Below are positions 1 to 8,610 of a DNA stretch of 64,000 nucleotides, piece after piece. Position 1 is the first letter of the stretch, and each line of letters starts with the position of its first letter. Position numbers and translations under genes: made by a program. The stretch comes from a virus (taxonomy: Duplodnaviria > Caudoviricetes): the IMG/VR virus record IMGVR_UViG_3300033463_000025, positions 79,759 to 143,758 of that record. One strand, 5' to 3'. The notes beneath the pieces are model-generated. The model worked only from the letters and a program-made list of their open reading frames with translations, was not told the origin of the DNA and made no database searches.

Positions 1-772
1 TAATAGGAAATATCTGTGTCTTATTATTTAGCTTTAATCCAAGTGATTCAATAAAGCTCGTAATGGCTTCTAAACAGTATTTAAGATATTCTAAATCGTG
101 ATGTACAAGATAGAAGTCATCCATATACCTGCCGAAATAAGCAATACCAAGTTCGCCAGTTATAAGTTTATCTAATCCATCCAAGTATAATACAGCAAAC
201 ATCTGATTAACTTGATTGCCTAACGGCAAGCCAACATCTTCCGTGCTGTCAATAAACTTGTTACACAGCCACACAATTCCTTCGTCATATCCAAAATAGT
301 ATTCAACTATATCTTTCAATAAATCATGCGGTATGTTGTAGAAATATTTAGATATATCACACTTGAGAATATAGCCATTAAGACCGTGCCTTTTATAAAA
401 GTTCTTTAAATGTTTGCTTAATTGATTAAGTGCTAAATCAATTCCTTTACCGTCTTGCCCTGCGTAGTTATCTAATAAAAAGATTTCTTTTGAACGCAAC
501 TGCAAAACATTATCACACAGGCTATGCTGTACAACATTATCTTTAAAACCAGCGACTTTGATTTCACGCTCTTTAGGTTCAAAAACTAAAAAGGTATTAT
601 AAGCATCAAGTTCATACGTTCTGTTTTCAAGAAGTGATTTGATAGTTAGTACACCATCTAACGCACTAATGTCAAACTTAGCTGTACTCTTCTTTTTACC
701 TCTACCACATTTAGCATCCTTAAAAGCGTTATAAATGTTTTTAAAATCCGTTACTAATTCAAAATCTGTTAT
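1..772 (-). CDS. DGR reverse transcriptase (3' end beyond window)
   Basis: Not in the ORF track. Manual translation gives FEPKEREI, DNVVQHSL, YAGQDGKG, ILKCDISKYFYNI, GLPLGNQVNQ and GRYMDDF. Start is probably ATA (770-772) after a GAGGT RBS. Confidence 0.96.
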   Translation of the reverse strand, partial: MTDFELVTDFKNIYNAFKDAKCGRGKKKSTAKFDISALDGVLTIKSLLENRTYELDAYNTFLVFEPKEREIKVAGFKDNVVQHSLCDNVLQLRSKEIFLLDNYAGQDGKGIDLALNQLSKHLKNFYKRHGLNGYILKCDISKYFYNIPHDLLKDIVEYYFGYDEGIVWLCNKFIDSTEDVGLPLGNQVNQMFAVLYLDGLDKLITGELGIAYFGRYMDDFYLVHHDLEYLKYCLEAITSFIESLGLKLNNKTQIFPI

Positions 773-879
773 ACAGCATTACCTCTTTGCTTTTTATCCC
801 TATTGGGAAGGGTCATACATTCTTTTGGCAGTGGTGCATTGATTTCCGCCTTTTGCGTACTCTGTCGAGCTATCCACCA

Positions 880-950
880 ATACGGACGAAGCCCATTCTC
901 GTTGTTGTAGTTGTTGTTGTTGATGTTACCGTGAGGCGACACACAAAGAG
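880..950 (-). repeat. DGR template repeat (TR)
   Basis: tgtgtgtcgcctcacggtaacatcaacaacaacaactacaacaacgagaatgggcttcgtccgtat is AAC-rich, lies between avd and RT, and differs from VR1 and VR2 only at A positions over the aligned span. Confidence 0.96.
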
Positions 951-977
951 AAAGGTTACAACGCATAACCCATATAA

Positions 978-1349
978 CTACTTGTATTCTGACGTTCTCC
1001 ACGCAATAGATAAGTGTTTTACATCTTTTACCAAACCACTCCAATATTCCGCAGACTTGTCTGACAACAATTTAATTTCCATTGAAAGCTCGATATAAAA
1101 TAATAGTTCATCGCAATATGCAATAGCTTTAGTAATTGCTTCACAACGCTCCGCTTTATTGCGTCTATTATCAATTCGATTTGCTTCTAACAGTGTATCA
1201 AATATATCTAAACACTTAATTTGTATTTTATCTCCGAGAGAGTGACGATATTTCTTAGGGTATCTATCGCTATTTGAAGTTATAATATATGTATGTTTCG
1301 CAAGCTCTTTGGCTTTAGAAACAACTATCGGTTCATCATTTCGTGACAT
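978..1349 (-). CDS. avd: DGR accessory variability determinant (Avd, four-helix bundle)
   Basis: 123-aa basic helical protein with RYPKKYRHSLGDKIQ...LLEAN, immediately upstream of TR-RT. Confidence 0.88.
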   Translation of the reverse strand: MSRNDEPIVVSKAKELAKHTYIITSNSDRYPKKYRHSLGDKIQIKCLDIFDTLLEANRIDNRRNKAERCEAITKAIAYCDELLFYIELSMEIKLLSDKSAEYWSGLVKDVKHLSIAWRTSEYK

Positions 1350-1972
1350 TAGTTCGTTGGAGATACAAAGATATTAGAGTCAAAGATACAAAACGGACGA
1401 AGCCCATACTCGCGGTTGTAGACGTAGTGGTCGATGTCACCGCGAGGCGACACACACTTTACCCAAGTGCTATCCTCATGCTTAGGTGTGCTAAACGCCG
1501 TAACCAGCCACCACCATTTATTGACTTTAAACTTATCAAGAATATCGACATACCTACGATACAGGTTTGTGGTAAGCAAAGAAACCTTACGCTTAACCTT
1601 GCCATAATCCTTCAGACCATCATCAGAAGTAAGGTCAACCGTGTGTAAAACAAGATTATCTGCTCCGATAATACTCTCAATTTCTGTGGCGAAAACTTTA
1701 CAAGCATCATCAGCAAGCGAGCCATCAAAGTTATTGTTCTTGTTGCTAAACTTTTGGCAATCCTTGAGAAGATTTTTACAGATTACTGCGGTTGTAAAAG
1801 CTGAATGTTCAAGTACAATAAACTCGTACTTACCAATCTTGAATGTTCTACCTGCTTTCAGACTTCCTAACTGCACAGCACCAATACCGAAACTATCTTG
1901 GATTTCAGCTACTTGTGCATCGGTTAAGAAAATCTTTTGACCGTTAAGCTGAATAAAATTCTTGTTTGCCAT
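1349..1972 (-). CDS. DGR target protein 1 (DUF6273-like, putative C-type lectin fold C-terminus)
   Basis: KVSLLT, WWWLVTA and GLRPFC motifs; VR1 at the 3' end. Start reset to ATG 1972 (GGAGG RBS). Confidence 0.9.
   Translation of the reverse strand: MANKNFIQLNGQKIFLTDAQVAEIQDSFGIGAVQLGSLKAGRTFKIGKYEFIVLEHSAFTTAVICKNLLKDCQKFSNKNNNFDGSLADDACKVFATEIESIIGADNLVLHTVDLTSDDGLKDYGKVKRKVSLLTTNLYRRYVDILDKFKVNKWWWLVTAFSTPKHEDSTWVKCVSPRGDIDHYVYNREYGLRPFCIFDSNIFVSPTN
1391..1456 (-). repeat. DGR variable repeat VR1
   Basis: 11 mismatches to TR, all at TR adenines (cac>cgc, aac>gac/gac/cac/tac/gtc/cgc, aat>tat, tat>ttt). Confidence 0.95.
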
Positions 1973-2013
1973 TTTTGATTTCCTCCAACTATTATTAAAA
2001 ATTTTCAATATTC

Positions 2014-2352
2014 TCATTTTTTGTTAGCCCTACAAATCGTTCCGTGGTTCATAAAACCCATAAATGTGTGGAATTGCAAGCTCTCAATCCAACCGTAATG
2101 TCTAATTGCATCGCGCAAATAAAACATTGTTTCGCCTTTAGCTTTTAGTGCTAAATATTCTTCAACACTTTTAATAGGTTCGCCTTTGTAATACCGTCTA
2201 CGACTTTCTAAATATTCGTTATACTTTTTGTATTTTTCGCACTCACGACAAATCTTCGCCTTTTCTCCAAAATCACGAGCATAATATCGCACATTTCCAC
2301 TTTTATATTGATAGCTATATGCGTACTCGCATTTGTTACACGGTTTATTCAT
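2014..2352 (-). CDS. hypothetical protein with CxxC pairs
   Basis: ORF in the tightly packed - strand operon. Confidence 0.7.
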   Translation of the reverse strand: MNKPCNKCEYAYSYQYKSGNVRYYARDFGEKAKICRECEKYKKYNEYLESRRRYYKGEPIKSVEEYLALKAKGETMFYLRDAIRHYGWIESLQFHTFMGFMNHGTICRANKK

Positions 2353-2353
2353 T

Positions 2354-2695
2354 TTACACCGCCACAGCTCTACTATAATAACTTGTTACTTTGTTATTCA
2401 GTGTCTTCAGATGTTCCTGCGTTTCATTATGTAACTTAAACCTGTTTACCATTTGGAGAACAAGTAAAATCTGTTCAGCGGTTAATCCGTTAAGGTTAAT
2501 GGATTTGCCATTATTATTCTCTACGACCTTTTCATTTACTTTGTCTTTCAAAAGTAAAATCTGTGTTGGTGACAACTCGCAGTTTTCGTACTCTCCGAGT
2601 CTGTCATAAAGTTGCTTAATCGGAGGACAACTATGCGGAACATTTGTACCCTTGCCAACATACCATTTATCTGTCAATCGGTTCATATAGCACAC
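2354..2695 (-). CDS. hypothetical phage protein
   Basis: ORF with RBS; LYDRLGEYEN resembles LRNALGKYED in 8046-8306. Confidence 0.7.
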   Translation of the reverse strand: MCYMNRLTDKWYVGKGTNVPHSCPPIKQLYDRLGEYENCELSPTQILLLKDKVNEKVVENNNGKSINLNGLTAEQILLVLQMVNRFKLHNETQEHLKTLNNKVTSYYSRAVAV

Positions 2696-3185
2696 CCCTT
2701 AATTAATGTTAGCCATAAATAAACGCTACAAAAGGACATCATTCTCGTAACCTACTCTACGCTCAACTTCTTCGATAGATTGACGTAGCCACTCCATCTT
2801 AATAGTCCTTCTTCTTAAATATCTGCCCTCAGAAACAAGACCGACATCCTTTCGTAACGCTCCGCAAATCTTTTCGTGCTCTTGGTCGAGACCGCTGATG
2901 CACCAGTCGTCGGTAAGATTGCATTTTCGCCAAGCCAGTATTTTATTTCATCACATTTGCATTTCCCCGCATTAACGTAACGGTAGATGAAGTAACGCCG
3001 CACCTGTAACGGAACGAGAAACTTGTACCAAAAGTCCTCATATATCATTTCATCCGTTCGGCTTCTCGGTTATCCTTTGGTACAGGATAATCAATTTAAT
3101 ATGATTACATATCAACTAAACAGCGGCACACAGTATGGCAACTTTGTACTTGATAAAAACGCCGTAAAAATGATATAGTAAACAA

Positions 3186-3380
3186 CTAACCTGTGTAGTA
3201 ATTTGTCTTTCCGAAAAAGTCTTTTGCTTGCGTGTTATAGCATTGGCAAAAATTTTTCGGATTGCGTTTCATTTCTTCACCGCACTCTGGACACATATGC
3301 CCTTTGTCGGTATATTCGTGAACAGACATTATTACCTCTTCTTCATGCTCACATTTGGAGCAAATGAATTTATAAATCAT
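3186..3380 (-). CDS. FmdB-type zinc-ribbon protein
   Basis: MIYKFICSKCEH...CPECG pattern. Confidence 0.75.
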   Translation of the reverse strand: MIYKFICSKCEHEEEVIMSVHEYTDKGHMCPECGEEMKRNPKNFCQCYNTQAKDFFGKTNYYTG

Positions 3381-3515
3381 TTTTATTCACCTATTGACTT
3401 ATGTTATAAACTAAAAATATTATGTACTATATATTGTATTTTTCACATTGTTATACCACTATATATTGTGGTGTAATTGACAATGAAATCACAGTTTTAT
3501 TAGCATTTTTAAATT

Positions 3516-3593
3516 TGGTGCATCGTCTGGGAGTCGAACCCAGCACCTGTTGATTATGAGTCAACTGCTCTAAACCTGATGAGCTAACGATAC
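3516..3593 (-). tRNA. tRNA with CAT anticodon (Ile2 or elongator Met)
   Basis: Cloverleaf: GTATCGT/ACGATGC acceptor, GTTGA-CTCATAA-TCAAC anticodon arm, GGTTCGACTCC T-arm, encoded CCA. Confidence 0.92.
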
Positions 3594-3693
3594 GTCTTTG
3601 TATCGGTCTATTCCCGATTGCCAACTATACACTCAATGAGTGCATAGATTTTAATGAAAAGAAGTAAGTAATGAATCGTTGTACGAAGACAAC

Positions 3694-3768
3694 TGGCTGG
3701 GGAGGCGAGAATCGAACTCACGAATAATCGGGTCAAAGCCGAGTGCCTTACCGCTTGGCTACTCCCCA
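3694..3768 (-). tRNA. tRNA-Gln(TTG)
   Basis: TGGGGAGTAGCCAAGCGGTAAGGC...TCGG-CTTTGAC-CCGA...GTTCGATTC...CTCCCCAGCCA. Confidence 0.93.
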
Positions 3769-4156
3769 TCAAAGTGTGGTTACGCCACAACCGTTTTGTT
3801 ACCTTAACTTTTGCCTTGTGCGAACCACACACTCCGATGCTGAAAATCATTAGAGTTTGTAATTTGAGCCATAAGAATTTCACTTATGGGAGCGTAGGCT
3901 GGATTAGGCGGCACCTACCACGCCAGCGAATTTTGACTCTACAGTTTTCAAACTGGTCTTTTTACAAGCCTTCTCGTTGAGCCGACTTAATACTACGCTT
4001 TTTCACGTTCCACAATTTTATAATATAGGGGTCAACCTCTTTCGCAACCTTCCGATACTATCCACACCAAATACGAATTTGTACAGATTCGAGTTTGGCT
4101 TGCGCTTGTGGCAAGTTTCCCGTGGCTCTTACCCACACCTCAATCTTACGTTTCTT

Positions 4157-4212
4157 ATTATAGCACCATTAACAGCGTTTGTCAATAGCTCTATTGAATT
4201 ATTTTATAAAAT
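4157..4212 (-). promoter_or_regulatory. sigmaA-type promoter for the tRNA/ncRNA region
   Basis: TTGACA-17-TATAAT with an upstream TTTATAAAATAATTCAATA element. Confidence 0.8.
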
Positions 4213-4218
4213 TCTTAA

Positions 4219-4602
4219 TCATTCATTTTGTCCAAGAATAACAACAAAATCATCATTATCTTCAGCAAGTAAAGCCATCATATTTCTTGTATCGTCGTCG
4301 CAATAATCAACACGCTTTTGAATAATACTAAAACCACGCTCAAAATATGATTTGCTTGCCTCTAACTCTTCGCAAAACCAGTCCTCATAGTCTTCACCAT
4401 AGGTATCAAATAAATACTTGCGATAGTCTTCTTCATTCTTAAATATACAAGCATCTTCTGTTTCATAATAATACCTATTATTTTCAAAATGAACAAACAA
4501 TTCGACCATCTTATCAAAATACTTTACGGCAGGATTTTCACGGTAAGCGATGATAAAACTACTGCTTGAGCTATTTGTTACATAGTCTGTTCTTATTTTC
4601 AT
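4219..4602 (-). CDS. NSSSSS-leader family protein 6
   Basis: N-terminus MKIRTDYVTNSSSSSFII. Confidence 0.88.
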   Translation of the reverse strand: MKIRTDYVTNSSSSSFIIAYRENPAVKYFDKMVELFVHFENNRYYYETEDACIFKNEEDYRKYLFDTYGEDYEDWFCEELEASKSYFERGFSIIQKRVDYCDDDTRNMMALLAEDNDDFVVILGQNE

Positions 4603-4622
4603 ACTATCCTCCGCGTGATTTC

Positions 4623-5174
4623 TTATACTTGTTTATTCCAATCAGTAATAGCTTTCTCTCTACTATTTACGAATGAAGTTGTTTCCCAAGCATTACCACA
4701 TTGACAATTAACCTTATACCCTTTAGATTCATAGCCAGAACCGTAATCGCCTTCTGATACATAGAGCCATGATGTATTGCATTTAGGGCAAGGTTTGAGC
4801 TGTTCTTTAGATTGATTTTTGATATTGCTATCGACAACGATTCCGACGCAATACAGCTCACCGTCTTCATAGATATTGAACTCGGCGTGTGGCATTTCTG
4901 TTTTATAACTCCATGCACAATCGCGTTCTTTATCGCACCATACAGCTTCTATAGGTTTTGGCAATCTCTTATCCTCTATAATGCCACCACCAAAACAACC
5001 GTATTCGTCACGGAACGCTCCATAGATTTCACAGTTGTCATCACTATAACCAGTTACGACAATAAAGCCCAAACTCTTTGCAAGCTCTTCTTCGGCAGGA
5101 GATATTTCATTACCGTATTCCCCACCGTTAAGCATTTTTGCAAAATCATATATAGTCATATCCATATCTATCAC
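4623..5174 (-). CDS. phage protein with C-terminal Lar-like zinc ribbon
   Basis: C-terminal LKPCPKC...CQCG...AITDWN. Confidence 0.65.
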   Translation of the reverse strand: MIDMDMTIYDFAKMLNGGEYGNEISPAEEELAKSLGFIVVTGYSDDNCEIYGAFRDEYGCFGGGIIEDKRLPKPIEAVWCDKERDCAWSYKTEMPHAEFNIYEDGELYCVGIVVDSNIKNQSKEQLKPCPKCNTSWLYVSEGDYGSGYESKGYKVNCQCGNAWETTSFVNSREKAITDWNKQV

Positions 5175-5827
5175 CCCATATGGTTACAGTACAACGATGA
5201 TACTTTAGCAAGTGATTCTCTTACATAATCGGGAATATAGCAACCGTCTTCACCCCAAACAGCATAGTGACCGAATATGCTATATATTACATCTCTGCCT
5301 AATTTTCCTTTTATGCTACTGCACGTTAGCTTTTTCGTGTTAAACCTATAATCTTTTACACAGCAAATATCAGGGTAACACCCACCATCATAGCCGTTAT
5401 CAAGACAAGGTAAATACCAACCTGCAACGCTGTCCGCCGTGTCTGTGTCTTTGCTCAAATCGTGAATACTGAAGTCAATATACCATTTCCAATTTTTACC
5501 ATGCAAAGGCTCAAACTTTTTACGGAAATATGATATGTATTCATCATACGTTTCGCATGAATCTATCCAGCTATCATCACACTCTTCGTAAAACAAATCG
5601 TATGTTGATATACCATATTTATTTTTAATTCTCGTTTCGTTCTCATATTTCCAATTCCAATTATCCGCTTTACTGCCATACTTGCTTCTTATCAAATTTG
5701 ACTTTTCACGATGCTCTCTAAACTTTTCGCGGATAAAAGAATAAATATCATCAATAGTCCAGTCATCGCGGCTAATTACGAAAGAAGAACTACTCGAATT
5801 TGTTACAAAGTCTGTACGAATTTTCAT
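5171..5827 (-). CDS. NSSSSS-leader family protein 5
   Basis: MKIRTDFVTNSSSSSFVI; TAATG overlap with the upstream paralog; Cys-rich C-terminal half. Confidence 0.88.
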   Translation of the reverse strand: MKIRTDFVTNSSSSSFVISRDDWTIDDIYSFIREKFREHREKSNLIRSKYGSKADNWNWKYENETRIKNKYGISTYDLFYEECDDSWIDSCETYDEYISYFRKKFEPLHGKNWKWYIDFSIHDLSKDTDTADSVAGWYLPCLDNGYDGGCYPDICCVKDYRFNTKKLTCSSIKGKLGRDVIYSIFGHYAVWGEDGCYIPDYVRESLAKVSSLYCNHMG

Positions 5828-6210
5828 TAGCAACCACCCACTCCTATTACGAGTTTATCATTGTTAATACGGAAGGTATCTAAAAACATATCAAAGTCAT
5901 TGAGGTAATCATCAGTGTCAATCGTTCTTACATAAGCGATAAAGTCACCAATCTCAACATTCCAATATCCATTATCAGAAGAAACATAATCAAGAACAAT
6001 ATCCATTAATTCTTCTTTATCTTTCAACCTATCTTTTAACGAATATGGCAAATGAGCAAAATAACGCTTCATAGCTTTAACATATCTGCTATACCAATCT
6101 TTATCAGATTCAATAAGCTCACGCAGTTCATCACGAGTTACATCTTTGCGTTTTGCGATAATGAACGATGAGCTACTTGAATTTGTTACGAAATCAGTTC
6201 TAATCTTCAT
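5827..6210 (-). CDS. NSSSSS-leader family protein 4
   Basis: MKIRTDFVTNSSSSSFII. Confidence 0.88.
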   Translation of the reverse strand: MKIRTDFVTNSSSSSFIIAKRKDVTRDELRELIESDKDWYSRYVKAMKRYFAHLPYSLKDRLKDKEELMDIVLDYVSSDNGYWNVEIGDFIAYVRTIDTDDYLNDFDMFLDTFRINNDKLVIGVGGC

Positions 6211-6523
6211 AGAGAGAACCCCTTTCTTCTGGCTTTAGTAATATCCATTTTACAAAAGAAAAAATTGCAACAATTAAAAGTAACAATCCAAATACCAATA
6301 CCATAAATGCGTCTAATGGAAGAAAAACTATCTGAAACACAACTCCGACAATTATTCTTGGTATCAAACGATACTTTTTATTTGATATAAAATAATATGA
6401 TGATGGTAATGCAGGTGAAATAAATGTATCAATAAAAGGCGAGTGAGTCAGTTTATATATCATCATCCCGAAAAAAGCGGGAACATAAATAATAATGATT
6501 AATTCAAACAAAGTCATCAACAT
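6200..6523 (-). CDS. small membrane protein
   Basis: Two to three hydrophobic segments; overlaps the next gene inside the NSSSSS cluster. Confidence 0.75.
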   Translation of the reverse strand: MLMTLFELIIIIYVPAFFGMMIYKLTHSPFIDTFISPALPSSYYFISNKKYRLIPRIIVGVVFQIVFLPLDAFMVLVFGLLLLIVAIFSFVKWILLKPEERGSLYED

Positions 6524-6526
6524 ACC

Positions 6527-7033
6527 TCAATGATGATTATAAACACCAACAGTAAAGCCACAACGCGGGAGAATATGATGTTCCAATTCACAACCAACAA
6601 TATCATCATCGCCAAATGTTACAAGACAAACCAAATCTTTATCTTTGATTCTTGCTTTGACTCTTTTTATCTCATCTTGAATACGTTGTTCAATTTCCGC
6701 TTTTCCTTCTTCGGTTTTGCTATATTTGTATGCCTCAATATAAGATGTTCGGTTTTCAATTTCATAGTTATGTCTGACTTCATATTCAGCGTTCCAACGA
6801 TATTCCTCGTAAACTATCTCATCAATCTTTGCAACATTAAGCAAACCATTTAATTTATTCTTTAATTCTTCAATAACTGCTGGCTTATACTTTAAATAAT
6901 CCTCAACAGACCAACAATCCATATAACACTCAACGCTATTCTGAACTATTTGGTCAATATCATCGCTTGAATTAAACGCTAAAATAAAACTGCTACTGCT
7001 ACTATTAGTCACAAAGTCTGTGCGGATTTTCAT
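6527..7033 (-). CDS. NSSSSS-leader family protein 3
   Basis: MKIRTDFVTNSSSSSFIL; C-terminus LEHHILP...YNHH. Confidence 0.88.
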   Translation of the reverse strand: MKIRTDFVTNSSSSSFILAFNSSDDIDQIVQNSVECYMDCWSVEDYLKYKPAVIEELKNKLNGLLNVAKIDEIVYEEYRWNAEYEVRHNYEIENRTSYIEAYKYSKTEEGKAEIEQRIQDEIKRVKARIKDKDLVCLVTFGDDDIVGCELEHHILPRCGFTVGVYNHH

Positions 7034-7058
7034 TTGCAATCAACCCCTCTTTTAAAAA

Positions 7059-7433
7059 TCAATGATGACTATAACGTGTCACGGTACAGTATAAATAAGG
7101 GAAATATTCATGTTCTAAAAATGATTCTATATCAGTATCATCTTCAATTTCAATTTTAAAAAACCTATCAAATCCCTTTTTATCAGCAAGTTTTTTAATT
7201 CGTTCTACTTCAGCATCGCAATCGCTTCTGTAGTATTCTAACATAGATTTTATATTGTCCGTATCAACAACATCAGAAGCAAACTCAAGCAAATGTTCTA
7301 CTAAAGTATCAGCAAAATATCTATCAATACTATTTCTAATAGCATCAAATTTACTATCACATTCTTTTGAATTGTAGCCAATAATAAAACTGCTACTGCT
7401 ACTATTAGTTACAAAATCTTGTCTAAATTTCAT
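7059..7433 (-). CDS. NSSSSS-leader family protein 2
   Basis: MKFRQDFVTNSSSSSFII; C-terminus LEHEYFP...YSHH. Confidence 0.88.
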   Translation of the reverse strand: MKFRQDFVTNSSSSSFIIGYNSKECDSKFDAIRNSIDRYFADTLVEHLLEFASDVVDTDNIKSMLEYYRSDCDAEVERIKKLADKKGFDRFFKIEIEDDTDIESFLEHEYFPYLYCTVTRYSHH

Positions 7434-7779
7434 CTAAAATATCTCCTAATTCATTATCATCACAATTATACGGATTGCCTGGTAAATCATCTTCATCATA
7501 ATATATGTGAGAGCTGTCTACTCCAATGGCGCATAGAAAACTCTCTAAATCAAAATTATCCATTGATGTCCATGCACTAAGATAACGCCCTTCGTCAATA
7601 ATAGTCCACTCATCTTCAAAATCTGCCCAACCAAAATGATATGAACCTCTTTTAAGTAATCTCTTAGCAACCTCAATATGATTTTTGATTGCCCTAATTT
7701 GATTTTTAGTTAATCCACGCTTATCAATAATAAAGCTCGACGATGATGAATTTGTAACAAAATCTGTTCTGATTTTCAT
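7423..7779 (-). CDS. NSSSSS-leader family protein 1
   Basis: MKIRTDFVTNSSSSSFII. Confidence 0.88.
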   Translation of the reverse strand: MKIRTDFVTNSSSSSFIIDKRGLTKNQIRAIKNHIEVAKRLLKRGSYHFGWADFEDEWTIIDEGRYLSAWTSMDNFDLESFLCAIGVDSSHIYYDEDDLPGNPYNCDDNELGDILDEI

Positions 7780-7797
7780 ATGACTACCTCATCAAAA

Positions 7798-8049
7798 TTA
7801 TTTATCAAATTCTTTCCACTCTATTCTTTTTCCACAATGCCCACAATAATTAGAATGTGACCATGACTCTATCGGATATTTACAGCAACTACATTTACCC
7901 CAAAACCATTTCCCAAATGCAGTTTGTACTGTATTCATTTCTTCTGGTGTATTATGAGATATGCGGTAACACTCTGCAATTTCTTCTGTGATATTGTTGA
8001 TTTCTACTCCTGTGCGAATGTCACGAAACGGATAACTACTATTTTTCAT
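7798..8049 (-). CDS. zinc-ribbon phage protein
   Basis: CSCC...YCGHCGKRIEW. Confidence 0.7.
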   Translation of the reverse strand: MKNSSYPFRDIRTGVEINNITEEIAECYRISHNTPEEMNTVQTAFGKWFWGKCSCCKYPIESWSHSNYCGHCGKRIEWKEFDK

Positions 8050-8306
8050 AAATATATCATCCTCTTTAACAGCTTTATTCCATCGGTATTTAACAGCTTT
8101 TCTTTATCCTCATTATCCATGAGCTTTGCATTAACAAGGTAATTAACCAAAAAGCTATAATCTCTTATCAAATCTCTGGCGCAAAAGTTTAAATCTTCAT
8201 ATTTACCGAGAGCGTTCCTCAATGCCTGAATCTCATCATATGGGTTATCATATTCTACGCATGAACCATAATCACCCATAGAAGATTTATAAGTAAGCCT
8301 ACTCAT
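8046..8306 (-). CDS. hypothetical phage protein
   Basis: Start reset to MSRLTY; overlaps both neighbours. Confidence 0.65.
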   Translation of the reverse strand: MSRLTYKSSMGDYGSCVEYDNPYDEIQALRNALGKYEDLNFCARDLIRDYSFLVNYLVNAKLMDNEDKEKLLNTDGIKLLKRMIYL

Positions 8307-8610
8307 TATCTTCAACCACCATCTTAGAACGTATGCTGTACAATCCGCATAGAGCCATTTCAAGTTTTTCAATTCTGCCACGCAAAGACCTAATCGTTTC
8401 ATCTAAGTCTTTGCCATCAGCCGAATAATAATATCCACGATGACAAGAGCAAACCGCAAAACCGTCACTTCTTGCTTCGTTTATATATTGACGAACAGTA
8501 AACTCGCTAAGTGAAAATCTGTCACCTAATTCACGACCTATGATAGATTTGTCCTTTTCGTTGGCGTAAGTGATAATATAATTAATCAAAGGCATATATC
8601 TTTTCATCAT
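8299..8610 (-). CDS. winged-HTH DNA-binding protein
   Basis: GRELGDRFSLSEFTVRQYINEAR..G..V.S..RGYY. Confidence 0.7.
   Translation of the reverse strand: MMKRYMPLINYIITYANEKDKSIIGRELGDRFSLSEFTVRQYINEARSDGFAVCSCHRGYYYSADGKDLDETIRSLRGRIEKLEMALCGLYSIRSKMVVEDNE

Noticed and set aside
769-1044. 91-aa ORF with a poly-Asn run / (AAC)n microsatellite
   Set aside because: It is the DGR template repeat read in frame; it overlaps avd and has no clear RBS.
2700-3060. Possible frameshifted gene
   Set aside because: Overlapping short frames with no recognisable motif; cannot choose between them.
3886-3999. tRNA-Ser(TGA)-like sequence
   Set aside because: Wrong anticodon loop size and no T-arm TTC; kept only as a possible ncRNA.
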